This document shows positions 27,601-34,768 of a DNA stretch of 64,000 nt, piece after piece. The stretch covers positions 2,911 to 66,910 of the forward strand of contig WRDM01000011.1 of the NCBI GenBank assembly GCA_009783465.1, written 5' to 3'. The notes beneath the pieces are model-generated. The model saw nothing but the letters and a program-made list of their open reading frames with translations. It ran no database searches and was not told the origin of the DNA. The first letter of the stretch is position 1. Each line of letters opens with the position of its first letter. This DNA comes from Phycisphaerae bacterium (GTDB taxonomy: Bacteria; Planctomycetota; Phycisphaerae; SM23-33). The translations under genes were made by a program, and so were the position numbers.

Positions 27601-30600
27601 CCACAGGCGGTAACCGCAACGAACTGCTGGTGCTCGCCAACGCCAAGTCGGCCGACATGGTGAACACGCTGCGCACCGTCGCCGCCAACGTGCCGCGCGG
27701 GAAAACGCCGGTCGTCGTCTCGGCCGACGAAGGCTCGAACGCGTTGATTTTTGCCGGCCCCGGCGGCGAATTGGACAAGTTGATCAAGATGGCGATGCAG
27801 TTGGATCAGGCGTCGTCCGCGGGCGCGGGCACGATGGGCGTGTACGTGATGGCGCTGGAAAACGGCCAGGCGGTCGACATGGCCACGAAGGTCCGCGACC
27901 TGTACAACCAGCAGGCCAACGCCGCCCGCGCGCAGCGGAAGTCGATTGATCCGCTGGCCGTGACGGCGGATGACCGCGCCAACGCGCTGATTCTGGCGAC
28001 CACGAAGGACATGTACGAGCAGGTCAACGGATGGGTGAGCCAGTTGGAAAAAATCACCCCCGCCAAGGGCACGCTGCGCGTGATCACCGTGCCCAACGCC
28101 GATCCGCTGGAGGTCGAACGGGCCATTCAGCAGTTGTACGGCGGGCAGGGCCCCGGCAGGCCGTCGCGAATTGGCGATCCGGACGAAGAGGAAGAAGAAC
28201 CGACGACCCAGCCGACCAGTCAGCCGGCGCAGGAAGACGATCCGCAGGCCCAGCCGCAGATTCAACCGCAGGTCGTCGCGCCGCCGCTGGCCGCCGAACC
28301 GGCAGCGCTGCCGGCTGGCCGAGGCGGGACGGTCTCCACCACCGTCTTCCCGCAGCAGCGGACTATTTTTGTCACCGCCGCCGACGAGGATTTCGAAGCC
28401 ATTCAAGCGCTCGTCAAGGCGATGGACGACGCGGCCGCCAAGAGCCGACAGGGCGTGCAGTTGTTCGTGCTCAAGCACGCGGACACGCAGCAGATGGCCC
28501 AGTCGCTCAACAACGTGTTCAATCGTCTTGCCCGGCGGCAGGAGGATCTCGTGATCGCCACGCCGATCCAGGGCACGCGGGCGATCGTGGTGGCGGCGAC
28601 GGAGGCGAAGATGAAGGAAGCCTCCGCCCTCATCGAGCAGATGGACAGCGAAGCCCTCAGCCCGAAGGTGGAGTTCCGCGTCTATCCGCTCAAGAACGCC
28701 AATCCCGCCCGGCTGCTGCCGACCGTGCAGGGCATGTTGTCGCAGCTTCAGCGGGCGCGGACGGGCGAGCAGATCACCGTCAGCGCCGACGAGCGCACGC
28801 GCAGCCTGATCGTGACGGCCAGCGCGAGCGTGTTCAACCAGATCGACAACATTATTGAGACGCTCGACCAGACGCCGCAGTATGAGAAGGTCGAGGTGCT
28901 GATCCTGCCGCTCAAGACGGCGGAAGCGTCGCGGCTGGCGGTCGTGCTGACGCAGATGCTCACGCCCGGCAGCGACGGCCAGGCGTCGCAGCAGGCCCGC
29001 GCGTTGCAGGAACAGATTCGCCTGCTCCGCATCCGCTCGACGGTGCAGGATCAGGTGCCGGAGCTGGATTTGTCTCAGCCGATCAAGATCACCGCCGACG
29101 GCGCGGCGGGGTCGAACTCGCTGGTCATCACGTCGACGGCGAATAATCTCAAGGCGATGGCTGCTGTCGTGGAAATGATGGACCGTCTGCCGGTGAGCGA
29201 GGGCGTGATGGTGCGCGTGGCGCATCTGGAGCACGCCGACGCGGCCACGGTGATGGCGGTGCTGCGGAGTATCTTCGATCAGGGTCAGCGGCTGACGAGT
29301 CGGGTTCCCGGCGGCCGGGCCGAGCCGACGACCGCCAGCGGCAAGGCGTTGACGAGTCCGCTGAACATCGCCGTCGACGCCCGCACGAACACGCTGATTT
29401 TAGCTGGCGTCGAGGAAAGCGTCGCGCTGGCGGAGATCGTGCTGCGGGATCTCGACCGCGAGAACGCCAAGTTCACCACGGAAGTCCGGCTGTTCCAGGT
29501 GAAGAACGTCTCGGCGGTTTCGTTGTCCAACATGGTCCGCTCGGTGTTCGCCGAAGGCGCCGCCGTCGGCGGCAGCGAAGGACTCAACACGCAGGTCACG
29601 CGGCTCAAGCTGGTTCTGGAGCAAGCGGTCGAGAAGCCCGAAGACGGCAAGGACGAACCGGGCGACGAACAGAACGAGGCCGCGCCCACGCCGCCTGCCA
29701 CGGAGCGTTCGACGGCGATTGCCAAGTCGCGTCCCGCGCTGACAGTGCAGGCCGACCCGACGAGTAACATTATTATTGTGGCTGCCCGGTCGGATATCAT
29801 GCCGCTGATCGCCGACGTGATTTCGACGATGGACCTCGCCGGCGCCGCCACCGGGCCGAACGATGTTCGCATTCTGCCGCTGACCCACGCCGACGCGTCG
29901 CGGTTGCAGCAGATGATCATGACGATTTACACCTCCGGCCCGGCCGCGGTGCAGATCCGCGCCGAGGACAGGCCGACCATTGTCATCGACACGCGCACCA
30001 ACGCGCTGGTCGTTTCCGCGACGGAGAAAACCGTCGCGGCGGTGGAGGCGTTGGTGGCCCGGCTGGACACCAAAAGCGACGTCGAGCAGCTCGACGTCCG
30101 GTTGTTGAAGATCGAGCACGTGGACGCCGCGGAAGTGGGCGGCACGGTGCAGCGGATCATGGACGCCCGCGTGCAGCGGCTGGTCTCGCAGGGCGTGCGC
30201 GACGCCGACGCCGCCCGCGTCACCATCGTCGCCTACGCGCGGAGCAACAGCCTCATCATCGGCGGGTCGGCCGAAGGGTACGAACTGATCAAGACGATCG
30301 TGTCGCAGCTCGACACGGAAGAACCGGCGCTGGCGGGACAGATTCAGCTCATCCCGCTGACCAACGCCAACGCGGCCACCATCGCGGGAAGTCTGTCGAA
30401 TCTGTTCAACCAGCGTTACCAGGCCGTGCGAAGTGCCGAACTGGCGCGGCAGCGGCCGATCATCATGAGCGACGTGCGGTCCAACAGTTTGATGGTTGTC
30501 GCCAATGCCGACGACAGCAAACTGCTGACGGGCCTGCTCGAAAAACTCGACATCAAGCTGACCGATGCCGCCGTCGGCATTCACGTGGTGCCGATGCAGA

Positions 30601-33560
30601 ACATGGACGCCGCCGTCGCCGCGCCCATGATTCAGAATGTGTTCAACGCCCGCCTGACGGCTGCCACGCCGCCGGGCCAGCCGATTCAGCCGCAGGACCG
30701 CGTCACGGTCCAAATCGAGCCGCTGTCGAACTCGCTGCTGGTCGTCTGCTCGAAGGAGAACCTCGAACTGCTCGGCGACCTGTTGGACAAGGTGGACGTC
30801 GAGCCGGCCGTTGCCGACGGCGTGGTGGAGATCATCGAACTGAAGAACGCCACGGCGGACAACGTGCGGGCGCTGCTGCAAACCCTCATCAGCCAGGGGC
30901 TGTACAAACCCGGCACGAGCGGGACCGTCAGTGCGGCGCAGGCGGCGAGAGAGAAGGTGACGATCGTCGCCGAGTCGCGGTTGAACCTGTTGCTGGTGTC
31001 GGCCAGCAAGGAGAACCTTGCGATTGTCAAGCAGTTGGTCACGACGTTGGACGACAACAAGTTGCAGCAGGGCGACATCCGCATCTTCACGATCAAGAAC
31101 GCCAACGTGACGCAGTTGACGCCGACGCTGGTGCAGTTCTTCAATCAGAAGCTCCAGGCCGAGCGGACGGTCAACCCGTCGGTCGCCACCTCGACGATGC
31201 CGCTGGTGGCCGTCCCCGACGTCCGCACCAACACGCTGCTGGTGGCGGGTGGGAAGGAAAACTTCGACTTCGTGGAGAAGATGCTCGAACAGCTCGACGG
31301 TCCCGGCGCCGCCGCCAATGAATTCCGGCGGTTCCAACTGGAGAACGCGACGGCGGCGACGCTTCAGCCGACGTTGCAGAGCCTGTTCACGCAGCGGCTT
31401 GCGACCGGAAAGAGCAAAGAGGCCGTCTTCATCTTCCTGGACGCGGTCAGCAACGCGATGTTGATCGGTGCCAGCCCGGAGGACATGGCGTTCGCCGCGG
31501 ACATCATCGCGCTGATGGACGTCAAATCCGAGGCTCCCGACGCGACGAAGATTTTCCCGCTGACGTACGCGAATTCGGCCTCGCTGGTTCCGGTGCTTCA
31601 GAGCCTCCTTCGCGCCGGAACGACGGTGGCAGCCGTCGCCGTCACCTCCGATGAGCGGACCAACTCCATCCTGGTGACAGCCGGCACGGCGGATCTCGAA
31701 CGCGTCGCGGATCTGATCGGTAAACTGGACATCGCCGAGACGCTCACGAACGTGGCGGAAATGCGTATATTCCAACTCATGTACGCCGACGTGACCGAAC
31801 TGGCGACCACGCTGCGCGAAGCGCTCAACAACCGCCCAGCCGCCACGCCGGGGTCCAGCGCCAACCGGGCGATCCTGCTCCAACTGGTGACGCGCTCGGC
31901 GGAGGGGCAGGACCTGATCATCAGCGCCCTCCAGCAGGGCGTGCAGTTGACGCCAGACCGTCGGACGAACATGCTGATCGTCACCGCGCCGAAAGAGAAC
32001 ATGCCGGTGCTGGAGACGATTATCAAGGCGCTGGACACGGTCAGCCCGACGCAGGTGGAAATCAAGATGTTCACGCTCAAGAACGCTGCCGCCCGACAGA
32101 TGGCGCAGATGCTCACGGAGCTGTTCCGGCTGGACAACACGAACAACCGCAACGTCCAGTTGATGATGCCGGGCCTGGTGGCGATGCCGGGCGGCGTGGC
32201 GGCCCCGGTGGCCGTGCCGGGCGTCGAGGGCGACGCGGCCGCTGGCACCGCCGGCGAACCGGTGCTCGCCGTGACGGTCGATCCGCGAACCAACAGCCTG
32301 CTGGTCGCCGGCACGAAGGCGTATCTGGAAATGGCCACGCAGGTCATCGAGGAACTCGACAACCAGACCGAGACCGAACGCAAGATGGAACTGTTCCGCA
32401 TGCGGAACAGCCAGGCGGCCGACATCGAGACGGCCCTGCGGAGTTTCCTCGACCGCGAGCGGCAGACGCTGACGTCGACGCTGGGCACCGATGCCGTCGG
32501 GGCGGCCGACCGGCTGCTGGAACGTGAAGTGATCGTCGTGGCCGAGCGGGCGACCAACACGCTGCTGGTGTCGGCCAGTCCGCCGTATTTCGATCGGATC
32601 GCCGAGATCATCCGCGAACTCGACAAGGCGCCGCCGCAGGTGCTCATCCAGGTGCTGCTGGCCGAAGTGACGCTCGACAACTCCATGGACCTGGGCATGG
32701 AGTGGACGCACACGACCACCGCCAACGGGCACGCGGTCAGAACGGGCACGGACTTCGGCCTGTCCGCCCAGGCGAACGGCTTCTCGCTGTCGGTGACGGG
32801 CGACAACCTCAACCTGTTCCTGCGGGCGCTGCAAAGCCAGGGCCGCGTCGAGGTGCTCAGCCGGCCTCAGATTCACGCCACCGACAACATGAACGCGGAG
32901 ATCAACGTCGGCCAGGAGGTGCCCTTCATCCGCGACACCCGCGTGGACGTCAACGGCGGCATCTACAACACGATCCAGTACGAGACGGTGGGCGTGATTC
33001 TGAACCTCACGCCGCGCATCAACCACGAAGGCCAGGTCAAGCTCGACGTCGCGCCGGAAGTCAGCTCGCTCTCGACCTCCAGCGTCCAGGTCGGCAACGG
33101 CGTGTACATGCCGATTATCAACACCCGCAAGGCCAAAACGACCGTCACCGTGCAGGACGGCCATTCGGTGATCCTCGGCGGGCTGATCACCGCCCACGAC
33201 GAAAAACGCGACGAGAAGGTGCCCGTCCTGGGCGACATCCCGCTGCTGGGCTGGTTCTTCAAACATCAGAAGACCGTCAAGCAGCGGACGGAACTGCTGA
33301 TCATCCTGACGCCGCACGTGATTCGGAACAACGATGACACCGACAAGATGACCGACGAGCAGATCGAAAAGATGAACCTGCTCCGGCAGATGCGTGCGGG
33401 CATGAGTCGGATTGGCGACCCGTCGCTGGTGCCGGCTACCATGCCCGCCAGCGGGCAGGCGCCGATGCTCCAGGAGACCCCGCGCACCGGCGGCAACACG
33501 CAGGAGGAACTGGACCAGCTCAACACGGCTCCGGTGCGGATCGACGCGCATGCGCGGTGA
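21615..33560 (+). CDS. Giant secretin (3,981 aa): signal peptide, N0-like domain, about 40 tandem secretin N-domain repeats, C-terminal secretin pore domain
   Basis: aaggag lies upstream of ATG 21615. The signal peptide is MRQSKIVFLTMAFLVIVGVASVVAQ. The C-terminus carries secretin-domain motifs (VLIQVLLAEVTLD, LQSQGRVEVLSRPQI, VGVILNLTPRI, PIINTRKAKTTV, VPVLGDIPLLGWFFK, ELLIILTPHVI). The repeat unit follows the pattern [VI]x[VI][FY]xLKNAxAxxL...V.AD.RTNSLIV......I..LI..LD. Confidence 0.9.
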   Translation: MRQSKIVFLTMAFLVIVGVASVVAQEAAEPAAQPAPAEQPAAAPAEQPAPAAPEAAPAPAPEVKRDYQFQYNGVPYAEVVRRFAQAAKKPILGDVPVEGHLTFFDSESYTYEEAFEMLNTLLAMRGASIIEQGRFIRCMPTPMLNAKIYTGTEKTENIKPTEIVTVLLPLKYLDAEVAAKTAIRMVSSYGSVAPMSRGRGVVITDHMGNIQRVKVLFDEMDRDSFSSQQVRSFALKQAQARNIVNVVNQLFMWKGDPTKMPDDWAFAASDDRSNTLVLIGVGPKLALAEDMVTQLDSGGPREGDMKVYDLKNAKAESLANSVRQALTTNRDAAGISVVGDPGSNRLIVAVPPNMIKQVDAMVEQLDVSATSVASGFRVFRLTKADANQMANVMQQLMHRARDPRTGVQPAAVMADGPTNSVIISGLAADIELATAVIQELDMGEDGLSRDVQVVPLKNGRGHETANMIRQLFTQQRQGQPGASSLRVESDPTGGSLIISASPGDWQLIQEILRKIEVNGPAASIVTRMVAVKNIRPGELAGSLHHVFNSRPRPVPVVFAPSDRTSTMLVSAPLEEQDAIADIIRSLDVGPDAPREDVTIVNLTSSDARQLAETIRQMIPHDMHGRIQVVGDWMSNSVVLRAPDSDRESMVKIIRDLDVPIQKEVSQVQTVQVQHVHASQLAGSLMQIYGRQQNQQRGQRQGGGSLVMVAAADLVIVPTGEKALIVKASPSEMEQVLAMIKQLDVPGGASTSGMRVIQLKSGEAYRVADVIRGMIPHELHGQMQVVADPGSNSVVIRGPESVRQAMEDVVATLDATARQGMRQTRLIKVEHVAASQAAETLRQLYVNRSGDHSQQVMVAAAPGDKQLIIDAPDSLVEAVAQMATSLDVAESVTAQSVRVYTLSSGSAPEIAQSLGRLYQQRDGGDRRGQPPPPRFEASATSNQVIVSASEEQFKVVDELLKQMQDVPAALASDTKTFKLQYAKARDLAPVLQNMLQGNTNVGGGQWQQQPQWQPPQEGGGENQWQPRPRYQPRSDSSAPFRVAALESNNTLIVQGTADKLALAEQLIQTFDVDVNDTEKATIQIIGLKNAKADSLAESINRTLADQAQQRGAGTRVTVTPEMNTNSLLVRGLPADIDNVLAMVQQLDVDGEARVEMKVYRLENSDVADIEKVMSKLLGDITRMGASNRRQGGGGESGYSVTADERTNSLIVFTTAANFKVIETLLADLDKGPEDITPRKQREIHFAWLENQKARDVVAKLEAMYRDRKPADRPYIEPDSFFNTITLIAEEADIKQMMEMIDKFDSQPVKRNLQVKVFPLLAMRADRMADAIERVYSQMTDAKITVTDRIPGRSMPRYPQDKPGDNRVPNGGANGHPVEQPNPSQPEPQSEPHHADPGGDVGVEILPSLLEMMSEPALADADDTGPAITISVDSESNSLVIAATREELQEIERFIQDLTTSTSTSEMDIRYYKVKSADVTAIAHTLDLLFNPQSAGRNPQAGGQAARTGRRGGNPGNPQPDPNQPPQDPNNPQPQPAPQPVPAPNVILVPYARTSMLIVRAKPAEFDMIEVLLDTLDRPSGVLTDMRIFTLKNVTANEVAANVRDLFQRASASVGDGGEAAPPANGNEQREEMIRQQLELQASGGGGGGNISVTANQQSNSVIVVASPENLRIVERLINELDQSAGGRTVVVRLYPVRAGNAEAVANSLRQAFGTGGNFANPGGRRGGVGAVAMADSAFSISANEESRVVIVSADPDKHELVQKVLDELNAAAEAAGASVVHVYRLDNAVAQGAAGALREAVSNNRSIRISADNSNNSIIINAPEAEHERLAALIADIDKPMTSVPDVRTIVLRNADPTATANNLTRIFSQQQQQAGPRRGNVIGQGLAIEVDIESKTLMVRSDEETFEKVRQLASHLDATSPRGRSKQHVFTLQYADAISIAPSMTQAFAPQPGVRLSPDDFVQIVAEANSNSLIVTANETNIEKVITLIAKIDTETTGGNRNELLVLANAKSADMVNTLRTVAANVPRGKTPVVVSADEGSNALIFAGPGGELDKLIKMAMQLDQASSAGAGTMGVYVMALENGQAVDMATKVRDLYNQQANAARAQRKSIDPLAVTADDRANALILATTKDMYEQVNGWVSQLEKITPAKGTLRVITVPNADPLEVERAIQQLYGGQGPGRPSRIGDPDEEEEEPTTQPTSQPAQEDDPQAQPQIQPQVVAPPLAAEPAALPAGRGGTVSTTVFPQQRTIFVTAADEDFEAIQALVKAMDDAAAKSRQGVQLFVLKHADTQQMAQSLNNVFNRLARRQEDLVIATPIQGTRAIVVAATEAKMKEASALIEQMDSEALSPKVEFRVYPLKNANPARLLPTVQGMLSQLQRARTGEQITVSADERTRSLIVTASASVFNQIDNIIETLDQTPQYEKVEVLILPLKTAEASRLAVVLTQMLTPGSDGQASQQARALQEQIRLLRIRSTVQDQVPELDLSQPIKITADGAAGSNSLVITSTANNLKAMAAVVEMMDRLPVSEGVMVRVAHLEHADAATVMAVLRSIFDQGQRLTSRVPGGRAEPTTASGKALTSPLNIAVDARTNTLILAGVEESVALAEIVLRDLDRENAKFTTEVRLFQVKNVSAVSLSNMVRSVFAEGAAVGGSEGLNTQVTRLKLVLEQAVEKPEDGKDEPGDEQNEAAPTPPATERSTAIAKSRPALTVQADPTSNIIIVAARSDIMPLIADVISTMDLAGAATGPNDVRILPLTHADASRLQQMIMTIYTSGPAAVQIRAEDRPTIVIDTRTNALVVSATEKTVAAVEALVARLDTKSDVEQLDVRLLKIEHVDAAEVGGTVQRIMDARVQRLVSQGVRDADAARVTIVAYARSNSLIIGGSAEGYELIKTIVSQLDTEEPALAGQIQLIPLTNANAATIAGSLSNLFNQRYQAVRSAELARQRPIIMSDVRSNSLMVVANADDSKLLTGLLEKLDIKLTDAAVGIHVVPMQNMDAAVAAPMIQNVFNARLTAATPPGQPIQPQDRVTVQIEPLSNSLLVVCSKENLELLGDLLDKVDVEPAVADGVVEIIELKNATADNVRALLQTLISQGLYKPGTSGTVSAAQAAREKVTIVAESRLNLLLVSASKENLAIVKQLVTTLDDNKLQQGDIRIFTIKNANVTQLTPTLVQFFNQKLQAERTVNPSVATSTMPLVAVPDVRTNTLLVAGGKENFDFVEKMLEQLDGPGAAANEFRRFQLENATAATLQPTLQSLFTQRLATGKSKEAVFIFLDAVSNAMLIGASPEDMAFAADIIALMDVKSEAPDATKIFPLTYANSASLVPVLQSLLRAGTTVAAVAVTSDERTNSILVTAGTADLERVADLIGKLDIAETLTNVAEMRIFQLMYADVTELATTLREALNNRPAATPGSSANRAILLQLVTRSAEGQDLIISALQQGVQLTPDRRTNMLIVTAPKENMPVLETIIKALDTVSPTQVEIKMFTLKNAAARQMAQMLTELFRLDNTNNRNVQLMMPGLVAMPGGVAAPVAVPGVEGDAAAGTAGEPVLAVTVDPRTNSLLVAGTKAYLEMATQVIEELDNQTETERKMELFRMRNSQAADIETALRSFLDRERQTLTSTLGTDAVGAADRLLEREVIVVAERATNTLLVSASPPYFDRIAEIIRELDKAPPQVLIQVLLAEVTLDNSMDLGMEWTHTTTANGHAVRTGTDFGLSAQANGFSLSVTGDNLNLFLRALQSQGRVEVLSRPQIHATDNMNAEINVGQEVPFIRDTRVDVNGGIYNTIQYETVGVILNLTPRINHEGQVKLDVAPEVSSLSTSSVQVGNGVYMPIINTRKAKTTVTVQDGHSVILGGLITAHDEKRDEKVPVLGDIPLLGWFFKHQKTVKQRTELLIILTPHVIRNNDDTDKMTDEQIEKMNLLRQMRAGMSRIGDPSLVPATMPASGQAPMLQETPRTGGNTQEELDQLNTAPVRIDAHAR
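22098..32630 (+). other. Array of about 40-41 divergent secretin N-domain (NolW-like / ring-building motif) repeats within the giant secretin
   Basis: I read 40 consecutive units ending ...NSLIV...LD (for example DDRSNTLVLIG, DPGSNRLIVAV, DERTNSLIVFT, DARTNTLILAG, DPRTNSLLVAG, ERATNTLLVSA), plus one N1-like unit at the start (RGRGVVITDHMGNIQRVKVLFDEMD). The mean spacing is about 86 aa. Confidence 0.8.
32631..33326 (+). other. Secretin (beta-barrel pore) domain of the giant secretin
   Basis: The region PPQVLIQVLLAEVTLDNSMDLGMEW through RTELLIILTPHVIR has the canonical motif order of GspD/PilQ secretin C-domains. Confidence 0.85.
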
Positions 33561-33584
33561 CGTGCGCTGCGATGCGACATGTGG

Positions 33585-33882
33585 GTGAAGATGGGCCGCT
33601 TGTTGCAGGGAATCAAAGCCACTAGCCACAAGCCACTAGCGACAAGGGCTTGCGAGGCGTGACGGTGAAATTGTTCCTCGCTGTGGCGAGAGAGGTCTCG
33701 ATGCTTCGCGGACGCGGAGATCGGCGGGAGCGTCCATGTTGGCCGATGATCGAGTCAGCGGAGCATCGGGACCACTCTCTCGAACGGGATGTTCATGTTT
33801 ACAGTGATGCACCGAAAACCGTTGTCGCTTGTCGCTTGTGGCTAAAACGATTCCCTCGAACCCGCGGTGCATTTTCACCGTC
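33585..33882. repeat. About 298-bp structured repeat (gccacta/gccacaa 7-nt arms plus conserved core), copy 1 of a direct pair
   Basis: It starts gtgaagatgggccgcttgttgcagggaatcaaagccactagccacaagccactagcgacaagggcttgcg and ends gcattttcaccgtc. The core gtggcgagagaggtctcgatgcttcgcgga...gaccactctctcgaacgggatgt is shared with 34458-34750. It begins 25 nt after the secretin stop. Confidence 0.85.
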
Positions 33883-33912
33883 GGGCACACGGAGATGACA
33901 GCGAGGTTACAT

Positions 33913-34434
33913 ATGGCTATGCGAAACCTGTTCATCGTCGCGGGCGTCGCGGCGATGCTGGCGGCGGGCGGATGCGGCGATCAGCCGGCGGGCGTCACGC
34001 CGGCCGGTGCGCCGACGCCTGTGCAGGCGGTGGACGAGGTGATGCTCATCACGTCGCCGGCGGCCATCAGCGCCGACGGCACGGCCAGGCCCGACAGCTT
34101 CACCGCCGGCGTGTGGTTTTTTTCCAACAGCCGGGGCGCGAAGTTGCCGCCCACGCTGGTGCGAGGCCGCGTCGAGATCCTGATGTACGACGGCGCCTTG
34201 TCGGCCAACGCGTTGCGGACCGCCACGCCGCTGCACGTGTGGGAATTCCCCGACGACCAGTTGCCGCAGTACGTCGGCAAGCATCGCTATTACGGCTGGG
34301 GGTACAATTTCCTGCTGTCGTGGGGCAACGACGTGCCCACCCAGGACCGCATCACGGTCATCGTCCGCTTCACGGGCGGCGGCCGGACAATTGAGTCGAA
34401 ACCATCGACCGTCACCGTGCGGGACCTGAAGTGA
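33913..34434 (+). CDS. Small lipoprotein of unknown function (positional pilotin candidate)
   Basis: ATG at 33913 gives MAMRNLFIVAGVAAMLAAGGCGDQ, a signal peptide with lipobox LAAGGC. The protein is 173 aa with no recognisable domain. The gene is flanked by direct copies of a roughly 295-bp repeat. Confidence 0.55.
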   Translation: MAMRNLFIVAGVAAMLAAGGCGDQPAGVTPAGAPTPVQAVDEVMLITSPAAISADGTARPDSFTAGVWFFSNSRGAKLPPTLVRGRVEILMYDGALSANALRTATPLHVWEFPDDQLPQYVGKHRYYGWGYNFLLSWGNDVPTQDRITVIVRFTGGGRTIESKPSTVTVRDLK

Positions 34435-34457
34435 GGTTGGATGTTCGCGGCGTGCGG

Positions 34458-34750
34458 GTGAAGAGGAGACGCTTGTTCGAGGGAGTCAGAGCCACTAGCC
34501 ACCAGCCACTAGCGACAAGGGCTTGCGGCGCTTGGCTGTACATGTGCACCTCACGGTGGCGAGAGAGATCCCAATGCTTCGCGGACTCGATAATCGACAG
34601 GGGGGTTCGTGGTAGCCGATCTTCGAGTCCGCGAAGCCGCAAGACCACTCTCTCGAATGGGATGTACTCATTTACCGTCACGCACCGCAAGCCCTTGTGG
34701 CTAGTGGCTTGTGGCTTGCCTCCCTCGAATGTATGGTACGATTTCACCGT
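34458..34750. repeat. About 293-bp structured repeat, copy 2 of the direct pair
   Basis: It starts gtgaagaggagacgcttgttcgagggagtcagagccactagccaccagccactagcgacaagggcttgcg and ends cgatttcaccgt. It is collinear with 33585-33882 and begins 24 nt after the lipoprotein stop. Confidence 0.85.
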
Positions 34751-34768
34751 TGCGCAAAAGGAGAACCA

